Both the position numbers and the translations under genes were made by a program. The notes under the pieces are model-generated. The model saw nothing but the letters and a program-made list of their open reading frames with translations, made no database searches and had not been told where the DNA came from. A stretch of DNA of 64,000 bases. Source: Candidatus Bathyarchaeota archaeon. Its GTDB lineage: Archaea > Thermoproteota > Bathyarchaeia > Bathyarchaeales > Bathycorpusculaceae. Within the stretch, counting starts at the first letter, position 1. Each line of letters starts with the position of its first letter. Shown here in pieces: positions 9,389-19,737 of the stretch. Location of the stretch: the NCBI GenBank assembly GCA_963833575.1, contig CAWHXY010000004.1:1-64000 (forward strand), given 5' to 3'.

Positions 9389-9943
9389 TTAGTTTGTGTT
9401 CACAAGTTTAGCTAATTCCTCTGCCCATACTCGGATAGCATTGACATCGCGGGTGTCGTATATTCCTGGTTCTATTTCTTTGAAGGCAGCCGCTACTCTT
9501 GGCCTATCCATTTCCATGGCTCTCTTGGCAAACCAAGGCAACTTGTTGTAGTTATAAATACCTCCGAACAACCCTAAAGCAATGGGCTTAAGATTGTACT
9601 TGGCAACTTTTTCTTCGAGATATTTCCTTCGGGCTGTATCCGCTGCTTCTGGTTTTTCTTTGTCTGTAGCTGACCCGCAACAGACGAAAAGAGCTACTTT
9701 CTTGTTTGCAAGTTGCTTTTGGTATTTTTTGAGGAAGTCTTCTGGTTCGCCTGTCCACCTGTGAATTTGGATTCCGCTGCCAACGATGACAAGGTCGAAT
9801 AACACGATGTCTTTGATTTTATGGTTTTTAGCATTAACGACTTCAACATCAAAGCCTTTTTGCCGTAGGGCATTTGCTATTTCCTCTGATGTAGTGGCTG
9901 TTGCGCCGTATCGAGTTCCATAAACGATTAGTGCTTTACTCAT
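9389..9943 (-). CDS. Flavodoxin domain protein (HemG/Flavodoxin_5-like)
   Basis: 'ALIVYGTRYGAT', 'DLVIVGSGI', 'VALFVCC', 'YDTRD...I..WA'. Confidence 0.85.
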   Translation of the reverse strand: MSKALIVYGTRYGATATTSEEIANALRQKGFDVEVVNAKNHKIKDIVLFDLVIVGSGIQIHRWTGEPEDFLKKYQKQLANKKVALFVCCGSATDKEKPEAADTARRKYLEEKVAKYNLKPIALGLFGGIYNYNKLPWFAKRAMEMDRPRVAAAFKEIEPGIYDTRDVNAIRVWAEELAKLVNTN

Positions 9944-10733
9944 GGTTTAACACCTCCTTGACTTGTGTTATGCGACTCAATTGGTAGAGTTTTATGCCTA
10001 TCATAAGATGCCAGATCATCAATAAGAGGCCAGCAGTTGCGATACAGAATGCGCCTAACAGGTAGACGTTTGCCGCTGGCACTAAAACTAAACCGACAAG
10101 GTAAATTAAATCTAACGAGCCCGCAACAAGCCCAACATACGCGGTTGCTTTACCAAAGATGCAACTTTGCAACATAACCGCTGACATCAACGTACCTGCA
10201 AGCGCTACAAACAAGAGACTGAAGTAGAAGCCTGCGCTTTGATAGGTCGCGCCTGGATTGTACCCGTTGGCAAGCACTGCCTGTCCAGCTGCTATCAACG
10301 TTGACTTTTGCGTGTCTGTTATTGCGGCGAAGTATTGGTTGCAGAGTGAGAACATGGGGAGTGCCGAATTTGAAACGATAAAGGTTATAGCTCCAAAGAG
10401 GCTGAGAGTGAGAGCGACCAATGTGTAGGTTTTGTTGGTCTTTCTCAAGGCAATGAAAACTACTAGAAACATTATGCCAACTAGAGCATAGTTTGCAATG
10501 TCAAAAAAGTTTAGCAGCGTCAAACCTAAAACTGGGTTGCTATGAAGCAGAGTGAACCAGCCGTCTACGTTGCCAGGGAGTGATATCCCAGTAAATAACG
10601 GGATTTCTGCTACGCCGAGATTCCGCCTAAATATCAATGCTGCGACCAAAGAGGCAGCTGCACCGATTTTGTAAAGGTTTTTCCAAGATGAGTTGTCAGC
10701 TTCTGAGTCAAGATTCAAATTGAGATTAGTCAC
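9936..10733 (-). CDS. Multi-pass membrane protein (DUF4386-like)
   Basis: About 6 TM helices; 'M.SL..QY.AA.T..Q....AAG.A.LA' pattern. Confidence 0.65.
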   Translation of the reverse strand: MTNLNLNLDSEADNSSWKNLYKIGAAASLVAALIFRRNLGVAEIPLFTGISLPGNVDGWFTLLHSNPVLGLTLLNFFDIANYALVGIMFLVVFIALRKTNKTYTLVALTLSLFGAITFIVSNSALPMFSLCNQYFAAITDTQKSTLIAAGQAVLANGYNPGATYQSAGFYFSLLFVALAGTLMSAVMLQSCIFGKATAYVGLVAGSLDLIYLVGLVLVPAANVYLLGAFCIATAGLLLMIWHLMIGIKLYQLSRITQVKEVLNHE

Positions 10734-11137
10734 GCGATGATAACCCCACGTTTTCCTATGTTGTAATTCATTGTGGCAGTGATGATTCCTGCAGCGATGC
10801 CAACCAATGGTGGAACTACGCCTCCGCCGACGGATAGCATTGCCAAAGAAAGCAATATCAATAGTAATCCACTATGCTCTCTGTCCAAGCAAGTTCCAGC
10901 CCAAGCGACCACTATACAGGCCATAATTATTGTGAGTATGCCAGCTGCCAAAAAGCTGGGAATCACAGTTACAGCGGGTTCTCCAGCTAAAGGTGAAGAG
11001 ACCAATTGAGGCCACGCCATAATGTAAACTCCTTTTGGTGCCATGTTCCCTTGAAGAATTTCGCCTGGTCCATGAGATGCTCCCATAAGGCCACTTAAAA
11101 CTCCTATAATCACCGCTGCAGTTTTTGTTTTGCTCAT
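10730..11137 (-). CDS. Small membrane protein
   Basis: Hydrophobic, 'HG.GE.LQGN', 'GEPA.T.IP'; overlapping start/stop with neighbours. Confidence 0.65.
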   Translation of the reverse strand: MSKTKTAAVIIGVLSGLMGASHGPGEILQGNMAPKGVYIMAWPQLVSSPLAGEPAVTVIPSFLAAGILTIIMACIVVAWAGTCLDREHSGLLLILLSLAMLSVGGGVVPPLVGIAAGIITATMNYNIGKRGVIIA

Positions 11138-11391
11138 TGGTTTTTTGCTTCCCTTTCCAGGTTTATTTTTTGGATTTCGTTTTCCATGAGATCCACTCTA
11201 AGAACGCCGTTTTTGCCCACTACTTCCAAGATTACCCCTTCCTTGAAGCTGGCATTCAACAGCTCGCCGATGGTGCCTTCGAGCAGGACGGTGTCGCTGG
11301 AGCCATTTGTTAATGTGACGTTTTTGAGGTTTTTCTTTGAGTTAAGTTCAACAGAGAAAACCCGTTCGTTATTATTGGATTTATTTTGCAT
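11134..11391 (-). CDS. Small hypothetical protein, first gene of the operon
   Basis: 85-aa beta-rich ORF coupled to the downstream gene. Confidence 0.65.
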   Translation of the reverse strand: MQNKSNNNERVFSVELNSKKNLKNVTLTNGSSDTVLLEGTIGELLNASFKEGVILEVVGKNGVLRVDLMENEIQKINLEREAKNQ

Positions 11392-11489
11392 TTTCTTGCC
11401 ACGAGATACTATTGAGGCGAGAGTGATGATTAGTTTTATTTGATTCAGATGCTAAGAAGTAAGCATCAGAGTCAAAAAGTTAGGTAAGG

Positions 11490-12245
11490 TTGAAAGAGAT
11501 GGATGAAGAAACTGGATTGGAAAAGTTGTTTTTTGAGTTGGCGAGCGAAAGCCGACTAAGTATTCTGCGGCTGTTGCAGAAGGAAAATCTTAAGATGCAG
11601 GAAATTGCTCGGCGACTTGATGTGACTCCTACGGAGGCTTTTAGGCAGCTGGAACGGTTGAGCGGTTGTGGGTTGGTTCAGAGGCAGCCTGACAGCATGT
11701 TTGCTCTTGCAGAGTTTGGTAAACTTGTGCTTCAGATTTCCATATCCTTAGATTTCGTCTCCAAATACACGGAGTATCTTTCGACGCATGATTTGATGCG
11801 TTTACCCAGCCAATTTGTAGACAGATTAGGCGAGCTTTTAGGTGCAGATTTGGGAACGGACACAATTAAGTCATTGAATTTAGGTTCACAGGCGTTTACT
11901 GAGGCTAAGCAATATGCTTGGGGAATAGGTGAAGGGACCATCCCAGGACAGATGACTTCAGTTATGAATCAGCGCGTCCAAGAAGGAGTACAAGTCAAAA
12001 TGCTTATTTCACTAGAACGCCTCCCAACAGGAACAAGCCTACCTCAAATGCCCAAAAACGTTGAAATAAGAGGTTTATCGGAACTTCCCGCTATTGTCGT
12101 GCTTACTGAGAAGGCGGCTGGCATATGCTTCTACCAGATTGGAGGAAGAGTAGACTACGCTGGCTTCTTTGGCACCGACCCCGCATTCCACAACTGGGTA
12201 AAAGATCTATTTCTTTACTACTGGAATACCGCAAAAAGAGGATAA
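11490..12245 (+). CDS. ArsR-type HTH transcriptional regulator (DUF1724-like C-terminus)
   Basis: 'LFFELASESRL.IL', HTH, C-terminal 'F..W..DLF.YYW'. Confidence 0.8.
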   Translation: MKEMDEETGLEKLFFELASESRLSILRLLQKENLKMQEIARRLDVTPTEAFRQLERLSGCGLVQRQPDSMFALAEFGKLVLQISISLDFVSKYTEYLSTHDLMRLPSQFVDRLGELLGADLGTDTIKSLNLGSQAFTEAKQYAWGIGEGTIPGQMTSVMNQRVQEGVQVKMLISLERLPTGTSLPQMPKNVEIRGLSELPAIVVLTEKAAGICFYQIGGRVDYAGFFGTDPAFHNWVKDLFLYYWNTAKRG

Positions 12246-12357
12246 ACGCTGACTCGGAGTCCAAACTGGTTAATCAAAAAAAATTTTATTTTCAGATAAG
12301 CAATCAGAATAGCTTTAAATTCCTTCAACCACAATCAACCATAACTGGTGAGTTGAA

Positions 12358-13074
12358 ATGCCTTATTGTGAAAACTGTGGGTGCCAAATAAACCCTGACG
12401 CAAAGTTTTGCCGCAACTGCGGAGCTGCAATCGATAAGTCGCCTGTTAATGCGCAACCAAACACTCTGCAGACTCCTATGTCACCATCACCTATTCCACT
12501 ACCCGTGCAAAATGTGGGGGTTCAAAACCTGTCGCAAATTCAACCTGCTACGCAGGTGGCAGAAGCAGGTTCAGAACCCGTTTTAGGAGCAATTATCTTT
12601 AAAAAGCCAAAATCTCTTGGAAGATGGGACACTTTTACTGGCGTGGTCACTGGGCAACGTTTGATTTTTGCTCAGATGACTAGTGAAATGCTCAAGGCTG
12701 CTGCACAACAGTCCAGAGATCAAGCCAAGGCGAAGGGAAAAGGCTTCTTTGGTCAATGGGTAGACCAGCTTAAAGGTACGTTTGGTTATGCGAAAAAATA
12801 TTTAACCATGTCGCCGCAGGTGATCCTCGCTGAAACGCCAGGCAACTTTGCGCTCGATAATAACACGATAAGTGAAATTAAACTAAAAGAGAGACTCATA
12901 CGTCAAGACCAGCAAATCTATGAGTTTGAAGTGCAGATTCATTCAACCGCTGGAAAATATGAGTATATAATGGACCAAAACGGCGATTACATAAATCTGC
13001 TTAAGCAGGTATACGGTGAAAGAGTCAAAATACCCTTCGGACATTTCTCTAAAACAGTCAACATCAAATTTTAA
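12358..13074 (+). CDS. Zinc-ribbon domain protein
   Basis: MPYCENCG...AKFCRNCG, Pro-rich linker, beta-rich C-terminus. Confidence 0.8.
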   Translation: MPYCENCGCQINPDAKFCRNCGAAIDKSPVNAQPNTLQTPMSPSPIPLPVQNVGVQNLSQIQPATQVAEAGSEPVLGAIIFKKPKSLGRWDTFTGVVTGQRLIFAQMTSEMLKAAAQQSRDQAKAKGKGFFGQWVDQLKGTFGYAKKYLTMSPQVILAETPGNFALDNNTISEIKLKERLIRQDQQIYEFEVQIHSTAGKYEYIMDQNGDYINLLKQVYGERVKIPFGHFSKTVNIKF

Positions 13075-13170
13075 AACCTAATTTCTTTTAGAACTTTTTA
13101 TTTTGTTTTATCCATTAATCATGAAAAAACAGTCGAGGAACTTTTCTAATACTCCGAGCAGGAAGGGGAG

Positions 13171-13860
13171 CTATTCTTTGGGCATTTTTCTGATAAATAT
13201 GATCGACAGAAGTGTTGCTGCAGCAAAAAGTGGCAGAAGTATCAAAGCCTGAAACTCTGGAACGGCAGGTGATGGAATGGACGATGAAGATGGTGTTGGA
13301 GTTGGGTTAGGCGTTGAAGTTGGGGTTAGAGTAGATGTCGGGCCCGTGATTGTAATTTGTATCGGTGTTGTCTGTATTCCATAAGTGGGACTTGTTTGGC
13401 CTATTATGTTGTATGTTCCTGGCGAGACTGGGTCTCCCTCGACTGAAGTATTGAAATTGCATGTTTGTAACCAAGCGAAGTTGGTTGATATGTTCGCTCC
13501 TGCTTGAAGCGGCGTTATGGAAACAATGTCCGGGAAGGCTTGAAAATTTGACCACTTATATACTTGGTTGTTTGTGTCGTTGGTTACTTGGAAGTCAAAA
13601 TCATATCCTGTGTGCGTGAAGTTTATTGTCTGGTTGCTGATGTTTGTGATGGTCAAAGTTAGGTTGACTGGTTCGCCTAAACCGTATATGGTTTTGTCGA
13701 GGGCCATAGTCAGTTCGAGATCGCCATTTCCGCCTGAAGCTACAGTTGCAGTAGGAGTTGGCGTACTGCTTTGAGCTGCCCCTAAATGCAACGACCCTAC
13801 AAAAGCTAAGCAGCTAACCAAAACGACTATTAAGAATACGCATTGGAATGCCTTTTTCAT
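13171..13860 (-). CDS. Surface protein with BsuPI-like Ig domain and PEF-CTERM sorting signal
   Basis: Signal peptide; 'DK..Y..GE.V...L...N....FDF.V....VY.WS'; Thr/Pro linker; VPEF + TM + basic tail. Confidence 0.75.
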   Translation of the reverse strand: MKKAFQCVFLIVVLVSCLAFVGSLHLGAAQSSTPTPTATVASGGNGDLELTMALDKTIYGLGEPVNLTLTITNISNQTINFTHTGYDFDFQVTNDTNNQVYKWSNFQAFPDIVSITPLQAGANISTNFAWLQTCNFNTSVEGDPVSPGTYNIIGQTSPTYGIQTTPIQITITGPTSTLTPTSTPNPTPTPSSSSIPSPAVPEFQALILLPLFAAATLLSIIFIRKMPKE

Positions 13861-14033
13861 AGTTTAACCTGCTTAAGTATGCGTTTTTTCTCGATAAAAG
13901 GGTTCTCGTAAAAATCCTTTGACAAAGATTAATCGAGGATTGTTAACCAAATGCTGTTTGCGTGTTTCCTGTTTAATAAATTGTCATTTTCTCTCTTTAT
14001 TGAAGGATTTCAAGAGTTCTAAGGTCAATGAGG

Positions 14034-14330
14034 TTATGGGATATATTCTTCGACAAGTTTCTCTGCTTGTTCTTCAGACAGATAGTCGGACAAATACATT
14101 TTGATAAGTTCTCGTAGAGCATTCCTTCGCAGTTCCTTATTCTTTTCATTATTTGACGCATCATTAATGCAACTATACTGATTGTTAATCGTGCTATTCG
14201 GGTTGTTGAGGTCATAATCTGGATTATTAATGTCACTTTTCGGATTATTTAGATAGGTATTTAGATCGTTGTCTTGAGTTTGCAAATCTTTGACAATTCT
14301 TCTAAATAGTGCACCAATTGTTATAGGCAT
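14034..14330 (-). CDS. Hypothetical protein with 7-residue (I/L)NNP repeats
   Basis: LNNPKSD-INNPDYD-LNNPNST-INNQYSC; GGAG upstream of ATG. Confidence 0.55.
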   Translation of the reverse strand: MPITIGALFRRIVKDLQTQDNDLNTYLNNPKSDINNPDYDLNNPNSTINNQYSCINDASNNEKNKELRRNALRELIKMYLSDYLSEEQAEKLVEEYIP

Positions 14331-14557
14331 AAAAACACTCCTTGTAAACTACTTTACTTATAGCAAATCAATCTTATTAGCCTATCAGGTTCTTACCCCC
14401 TAAATAAAGGGGTTTTATTTACTCAAATCAAAAGAAAATTTAAAAAGGAATTTTGCTGTGATGACTCCATTTGGGAAGCGTTAAGTACGATCCACTGCTT
14501 GAATTGCAAGAATATTTGAGTACTACCCAAAATAGAAAATGCATTCATTGTTTCATT

Positions 14558-17068
14558 CTATTTTTTTGAGGGTAATCTAACTGTGAAAGTTGTTCCTTTA
14601 CCCTCTTGACTTTCAAAAGAAACGGTACCACCTAACGCTTCAGTCATACGCTTAACGACAGCTAAACCAAAACCTTGACCCTTAGACTTGGTTGTGACCA
14701 TCGGAGTGAAGAGTTTAGGTTTTACTTCTTCAGGAATCCCAACGCCAGTATCTTCAACATTTATCACTACATTATTTGCATCCTTGTGCGCACATAAAGT
14801 TAGTTTTCCACCGTTTGGCATCGCCTGAACAGCATTGTTAACAAGATTAGCTAAGATCCGTTTCAGCAATGCAGAATCAGTAATTAACTTCTCTGCTCCT
14901 TTTTCTATCTTGCAGAAAGCCTCTATTTCTTCAGGAATAGCCTTCTTCGGCGTAACCTCGTAAAAGAGGTTGGCAAGGTCAATTTCTAAAGGATGTGGAG
15001 TGATTGGTTTAGAATAATCTTGCAAATCTTGAACAATCTTGTTAATGTAATCAACGTTTTTCTCAATGCCTTCCAAGCTTTCAGCTACATCATCCTTCAC
15101 TGGTACTTCAGGCATTGTTGCCAAATAATCCTTTAGCAAATATACATCGCCAGTTATAGCCTGCAATGGGTTACGGATATCATGTCCGACCATGCCCGCC
15201 GTTGCACCGATGGCTGCTAAGCGTTCTGAATCTTTTAGTTTCTTTGCCGCTTCTTGAGCCTTCCCTTCAGCCTTCTTTTGTTCAGTAATGTCTCTCGCTG
15301 CTGCAAAAACCCCTTGTATTTTGCCAGAAGCATTTCTATAAACGGTAGCATTGTATAAAACATCAATTATTCGTCCTTTCTTATGTCTAATCGCCAGTGG
15401 ATAATCTCTAACTACCCCCTCAGTGAAAACTCGTTTATAACCAAGTTCAGCCTTTTCAGGCTCAATAAAGTAGTTTGAGAAGTCACTTCCAATCAACTCC
15501 CTTCTAGAGCAACCAGTTGCTAGTTCTGTAGCTTTGTTAACGTCAGTAATTTTGCCCTTAGCGTTGATTGTAACCAGAGGATCAAGACTTGCCTCAATAA
15601 GATTTCGAGCATATAAAGAGCTGAGTTCAAGTTTCTTAGTTCGTTCTTCAACAAGCCTCTCCAAATGTTCAGAGTGCATCTTTAACTCTTTCTCATTTTC
15701 TTCCAACATCTCAAGCATTTTACTGTTAACTAATGCTACAGAGGCAAGTTCACCAAATGCCATTGCCATTTCGGCATCACGCTTAGTGAAGCCACCAGGT
15801 TTATTTGCTAACCCAATTACTCCAACAGTTCTTTGCTCAATCTTCAATGGTGCAAATAATACGTTCTCGAGTTGGACGTGCCCTTCAGGAGAGAATTTTT
15901 GCCACTCACTTTGTGGAAAATCATTTTCAATCGCTACCTTACCCGAGTTGTACGCTTCAGCACGGAGTCCGCGAATAGGCATAGGGAGCGAAGGATCAAC
16001 GGCGCAGGGAAGTCCGCCAGAATCCAAGAACAAAACTATATTTTCTTTTCCGTTGTCACTTAAGAGAGCAACATAGCCGGCCGTTGCACCGAGTAATTCT
16101 TTGCAGGCATCAAATATTGCTCGAGCAGAATCAGGGAATTCTTTGTTTTGCAGAACTGTCCTTGATGCCGTCAACAAGGCTGAAATCTCAGATTCACGCC
16201 GCTTTGATTCTTCGAGAGAAATAGATATCTCTTCTTCCATTTTCCTGCGCTCAGTGATGTCATAAACACTGCCTATGAGGTTTGTACAGCGACCACTTGA
16301 ATCAAAGAACGGCGTCACAGCAACCTCACCGTATTTTCTGCCCGAAGGATAATCTGTAACCTCTTCCCACTTTACCATTTTGCGTTCACGAATCGCCTGC
16401 GCGTATTTCTCAAGAACTAACGATAAAGAGGGTTCAGGAATGACTTCCTCAACACTTTTACCCACAACCTGGTTTTCCTGAAGCCCAGTAACATTTAGGA
16501 AGGATTGAGAAACAGATGAGAAACGAAAACTATTTTCAGGCTCAACCGACAAGAAAAACAGAGATTCAGGAACACTGGCGTAAATTGAGGCGAGTTCTCG
16601 TTCTCTAGATAGTAGCGTTTCTTCAGCTTTCTTGAAACTAGAGAAATCTCTCACTGAGCTAATGGCCAATTGTTGATTGTTCACTTTCAGAAGAGAAACT
16701 GAAAGCAAAATAGGGAATGTTTCGCCATTTTTTCTTTTACAAACTATTTGGAGGTTTCGAACTTTCCTTCTTGACCTGAGCTGGAGGGCTACTTTTTCTC
16801 TATCGGAAGGGTTTGCCCATAAGCCCAGTTCAAGGGCACTTCTGCCTATAACTTCTTGTCTAGTGCAACCAAACATTTCTAAAAAGCGTTCATTAACGTC
16901 AACTAAAGTGGAATCTTTTAGTTTAGAAATCAAGAACCCGTCAGGTCCAATTTCGAATGCTTGCCTAAATTTCTCCTCGTTTTCACGCAGAGTTTGTTCA
17001 ACTTTGCGTTTGACATTCGTTTGCTTACTTTGAGCTTTCTTATCGAGATTTTCTTTACTTGTAGGCAA
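14558..17068 (-). CDS. Cytoplasmic PAS-PAS-GAF-PAS sensor histidine kinase
   Basis: Three PAS/PAC domains, GAF, H-box HDIRNPL, N-box NLVNNAVQAM, DTGVGI, G.GFGL. Confidence 0.95.
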   Translation of the reverse strand: MPTSKENLDKKAQSKQTNVKRKVEQTLRENEEKFRQAFEIGPDGFLISKLKDSTLVDVNERFLEMFGCTRQEVIGRSALELGLWANPSDREKVALQLRSRRKVRNLQIVCKRKNGETFPILLSVSLLKVNNQQLAISSVRDFSSFKKAEETLLSRERELASIYASVPESLFFLSVEPENSFRFSSVSQSFLNVTGLQENQVVGKSVEEVIPEPSLSLVLEKYAQAIRERKMVKWEEVTDYPSGRKYGEVAVTPFFDSSGRCTNLIGSVYDITERRKMEEEISISLEESKRRESEISALLTASRTVLQNKEFPDSARAIFDACKELLGATAGYVALLSDNGKENIVLFLDSGGLPCAVDPSLPMPIRGLRAEAYNSGKVAIENDFPQSEWQKFSPEGHVQLENVLFAPLKIEQRTVGVIGLANKPGGFTKRDAEMAMAFGELASVALVNSKMLEMLEENEKELKMHSEHLERLVEERTKKLELSSLYARNLIEASLDPLVTINAKGKITDVNKATELATGCSRRELIGSDFSNYFIEPEKAELGYKRVFTEGVVRDYPLAIRHKKGRIIDVLYNATVYRNASGKIQGVFAAARDITEQKKAEGKAQEAAKKLKDSERLAAIGATAGMVGHDIRNPLQAITGDVYLLKDYLATMPEVPVKDDVAESLEGIEKNVDYINKIVQDLQDYSKPITPHPLEIDLANLFYEVTPKKAIPEEIEAFCKIEKGAEKLITDSALLKRILANLVNNAVQAMPNGGKLTLCAHKDANNVVINVEDTGVGIPEEVKPKLFTPMVTTKSKGQGFGLAVVKRMTEALGGTVSFESQEGKGTTFTVRLPSKK

Positions 17069-17258
17069 AGAAGCACCGCAATTTTCAAAAAGTCTTATTT
17101 AACTTTCAGTGCCTAAGAAATAAAAACTTTCCTTTAGAAGCAAGCCTGAGAGTGATAGTAAAGCAAAAAAACCCGGGTACCCCAGGTTGCCCTTCTCTAA
17201 GTCAAATCTTGATTTTTTCTTTTCCTTTGGGTAAACCTTAAACCCCGCTTCAAATCCA

Positions 17259-18710
17259 TTGGGAACAATCTTTCGAGATGCCTCAGCTTTGAAGTATAAG
17301 TGGCTAGTCCTCACCGTAACAACCATCGGCGTTCTAATGGCAGGAATCGACGCACGAATAGTCATAATCGGCCTCCCCCAAGTAATCCACGCCATAGGAG
17401 CCGACGCAGAACAAGGCATCTGGATAAGCCAAGCCTACATAATAGGGACAATCGGAATCCTTCTTCTTACAGGTCGCTTCGCAGACCTCTACGGCAGAAA
17501 ACGAGTATACACCAGCGGTTTCTTAATTTTCACCATAGGCTCCGCCCTCACCAGTCTCTCCACAACCCCAATTCAACTCATAATCTTCCGCATCATCCAA
17601 GGCATGGGAGCAGGAATCATACTTACAAGCAGCATAGCCATAATCACCGACGCTACCCCGCCCAACGAACTTGGTTACGCCTTAGGCATAAACAACCTTG
17701 GATTCAGATTCGGCGCTATGGCAGGTCTAACGTTGAGCGGCATAATAATCACATTTCTAGGTGATTGGCGAGCATTATTTTACATCAACATACCCGTGGG
17801 CATAATCGGCACGATATGGGCCCATAAAACCATAAAGGAAACAGCCACACAAAACCACCATGACAAAAACAAATTTCTCAGCATTGACTGGGCAGGCTTT
17901 GCATTATTTTCAACTTCGATATCAACCCTTCTGCTTGCGCTGACTTTTGCAGCATACGGCATTGGAAGCCAAACTCTAGCAGCATTATTTGTTAGCATAA
18001 GCATAGTGACATTCGCAGTTTTTCTTCTTCAAGAACGTAGAAGCCTAAATCCTCTGGTCAATATTAAACTTCTAAGAATTCGCGAATATACTGGAGGCCT
18101 CATTGCGCTGTTAATCAATGGGCTTGCTTGGGGTGCTGTATTGGTGCTTCTGAGTTTTTATTTTCAACTCGTTTTAGGTCTCAGCCCATTGGAGGCAGGA
18201 GTACGCATTATCCCCTTCGACGTCGCCTTTCTCATCGCTGGAGTAATAAGCGGAAAACTAAGTGACCAATATGGCCACTTGCCCTTCACAACCAGTGGCA
18301 TCGCACTTTCCAGCCTCTCACTCTACTTGTTCTCAACTGTAAGTATGACAACATCTTATCTGACCGTTCTAGCTTACATGGTTCTTTTTGGCGTATCGAT
18401 GGGTCTCTTCAGTAGTCCCAACATGAGCGCAGTCATGACCGCGTGCCCCGCAGACGAGCGAGGCGTAGGCTCAGCAATACGATCAACTTTCCTAAACGTA
18501 GGTTTTGCGATCAGCCTAAACCTTGCAGTATTAATCATGAGCCTAACTATCCCATATGCACTGGTCACTCAAGTAGCATCGGGATATACCACATCACTTA
18601 GCACGGGCAAAGACATGTTTCTCCAAAGCCTAAAAACAGCCTATCTTTGGCTGGCATTCGTAAATGCGTTAGCAGTCGTCCCTTCAATTCTAAGAAGTAA
18701 AACAAAATAG
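17259..18710 (+). CDS. MFS transporter (DHA2/EmrB-like)
   Basis: 'GRFADLYGRKR' motif A; about 14 TM helices. Confidence 0.92.
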   Translation: MGTIFRDASALKYKWLVLTVTTIGVLMAGIDARIVIIGLPQVIHAIGADAEQGIWISQAYIIGTIGILLLTGRFADLYGRKRVYTSGFLIFTIGSALTSLSTTPIQLIIFRIIQGMGAGIILTSSIAIITDATPPNELGYALGINNLGFRFGAMAGLTLSGIIITFLGDWRALFYINIPVGIIGTIWAHKTIKETATQNHHDKNKFLSIDWAGFALFSTSISTLLLALTFAAYGIGSQTLAALFVSISIVTFAVFLLQERRSLNPLVNIKLLRIREYTGGLIALLINGLAWGAVLVLLSFYFQLVLGLSPLEAGVRIIPFDVAFLIAGVISGKLSDQYGHLPFTTSGIALSSLSLYLFSTVSMTTSYLTVLAYMVLFGVSMGLFSSPNMSAVMTACPADERGVGSAIRSTFLNVGFAISLNLAVLIMSLTIPYALVTQVASGYTTSLSTGKDMFLQSLKTAYLWLAFVNALAVVPSILRSKTK

Positions 18711-18977
18711 ATGCTTAGCGTGCTTATGGATAATGACCAAATAAACGGAATTGTACGGACAATGTCTCCTAAGGAAAGAGCACTAAACGCGTTCCCTGTT
18801 TGCATTATTGTAGAGTGGAAGTTCAGTTGATAGAATTTTTGAAGCTTGCACTGGAATGGATGTTGTAGCTTCTTGCAGTCACATAACATTATTACCTGAA
18901 GCTAGTTTATGGAACGTAGTTTAAGCCGAAGTATGGAAGGGCATAGGTCCATAGCACAGATGTAAAATTAGTCAGAA

Positions 18978-19379
18978 ATGTTCATAATCACCGCTAAATT
19001 AAGGTCTCGAGCGAAAAAGCGAGAAGGCGCGCATATGCTAAAAACAGAGGTTTTCTTAGGTTCTCTTCTTATGTTAGTGGGATCCATAGATTGCTTAACG
19101 ACCGTTATAGGCGTTTTATACCGTGGAGCTACCGAGTTGAACCCCTTCATGACAGGGATAGTTAGCTCAAACATTGGAGATTTTTTAGTTGTTAAAATTG
19201 CAGCAACCGTTTTCACAGCGTTTACATATATTTTGGCGAATAGGATTTTAATGAAAACTAAGAACAAAAGCACCAAGGCCTTCAAATATTCACTTAGATT
19301 CATAAAAGTAGCCTACATTGGAATTATCGTATTTCTAGCTATAGTAGTCGCAAATAATTTTTTGATCCTCTTAGCGTAA
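18978..19379 (+). CDS. DUF5658-like small membrane protein
   Basis: 'D.LTT..G...GA.ELNPFM' then 'VKI'. Confidence 0.7.
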   Translation: MFIITAKLRSRAKKREGAHMLKTEVFLGSLLMLVGSIDCLTTVIGVLYRGATELNPFMTGIVSSNIGDFLVVKIAATVFTAFTYILANRILMKTKNKSTKAFKYSLRFIKVAYIGIIVFLAIVVANNFLILLA

Positions 19380-19737
19380 GTCAAAAATTATTGTATAGTA
19401 AACATCTACCGCGTTGTAGGAGGCGGCGAATCAGGCGTAGCTATTTCTTAGTTAACATAATTTTAGTTTGGAGGATTTCACTACAAAAAAAGAAATAAAA
19501 AACAAGTTCGGAAACTAATCTTGGTTTGATTGCAAAACTAGCTTGATCTTGGGGGCCTTTCGGTAATTTTCCCAGCCTTTTTTAACCTTTTATATCCTTT
19601 TTCCACCTTTCCTAGCTTTTTAACCTTTTTAGACCGCAACCTGTAAACAAACCAAACCCCAAAACAAAAAAGCAACCCAAAAAACAACGGAAAAAAATTT
19701 TGTCAAATCCACCGAAAAAGACGGCGATCACTGCTTC

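Noticed and set aside
19538-19730. Minus-strand hydrophobic plus Lys-rich reading (..LFFGLLFCFGVWFVYRLRSKKVKK..)
   Set aside because: Low-complexity, needs a frameshift or weak TTG start, no recognisable family
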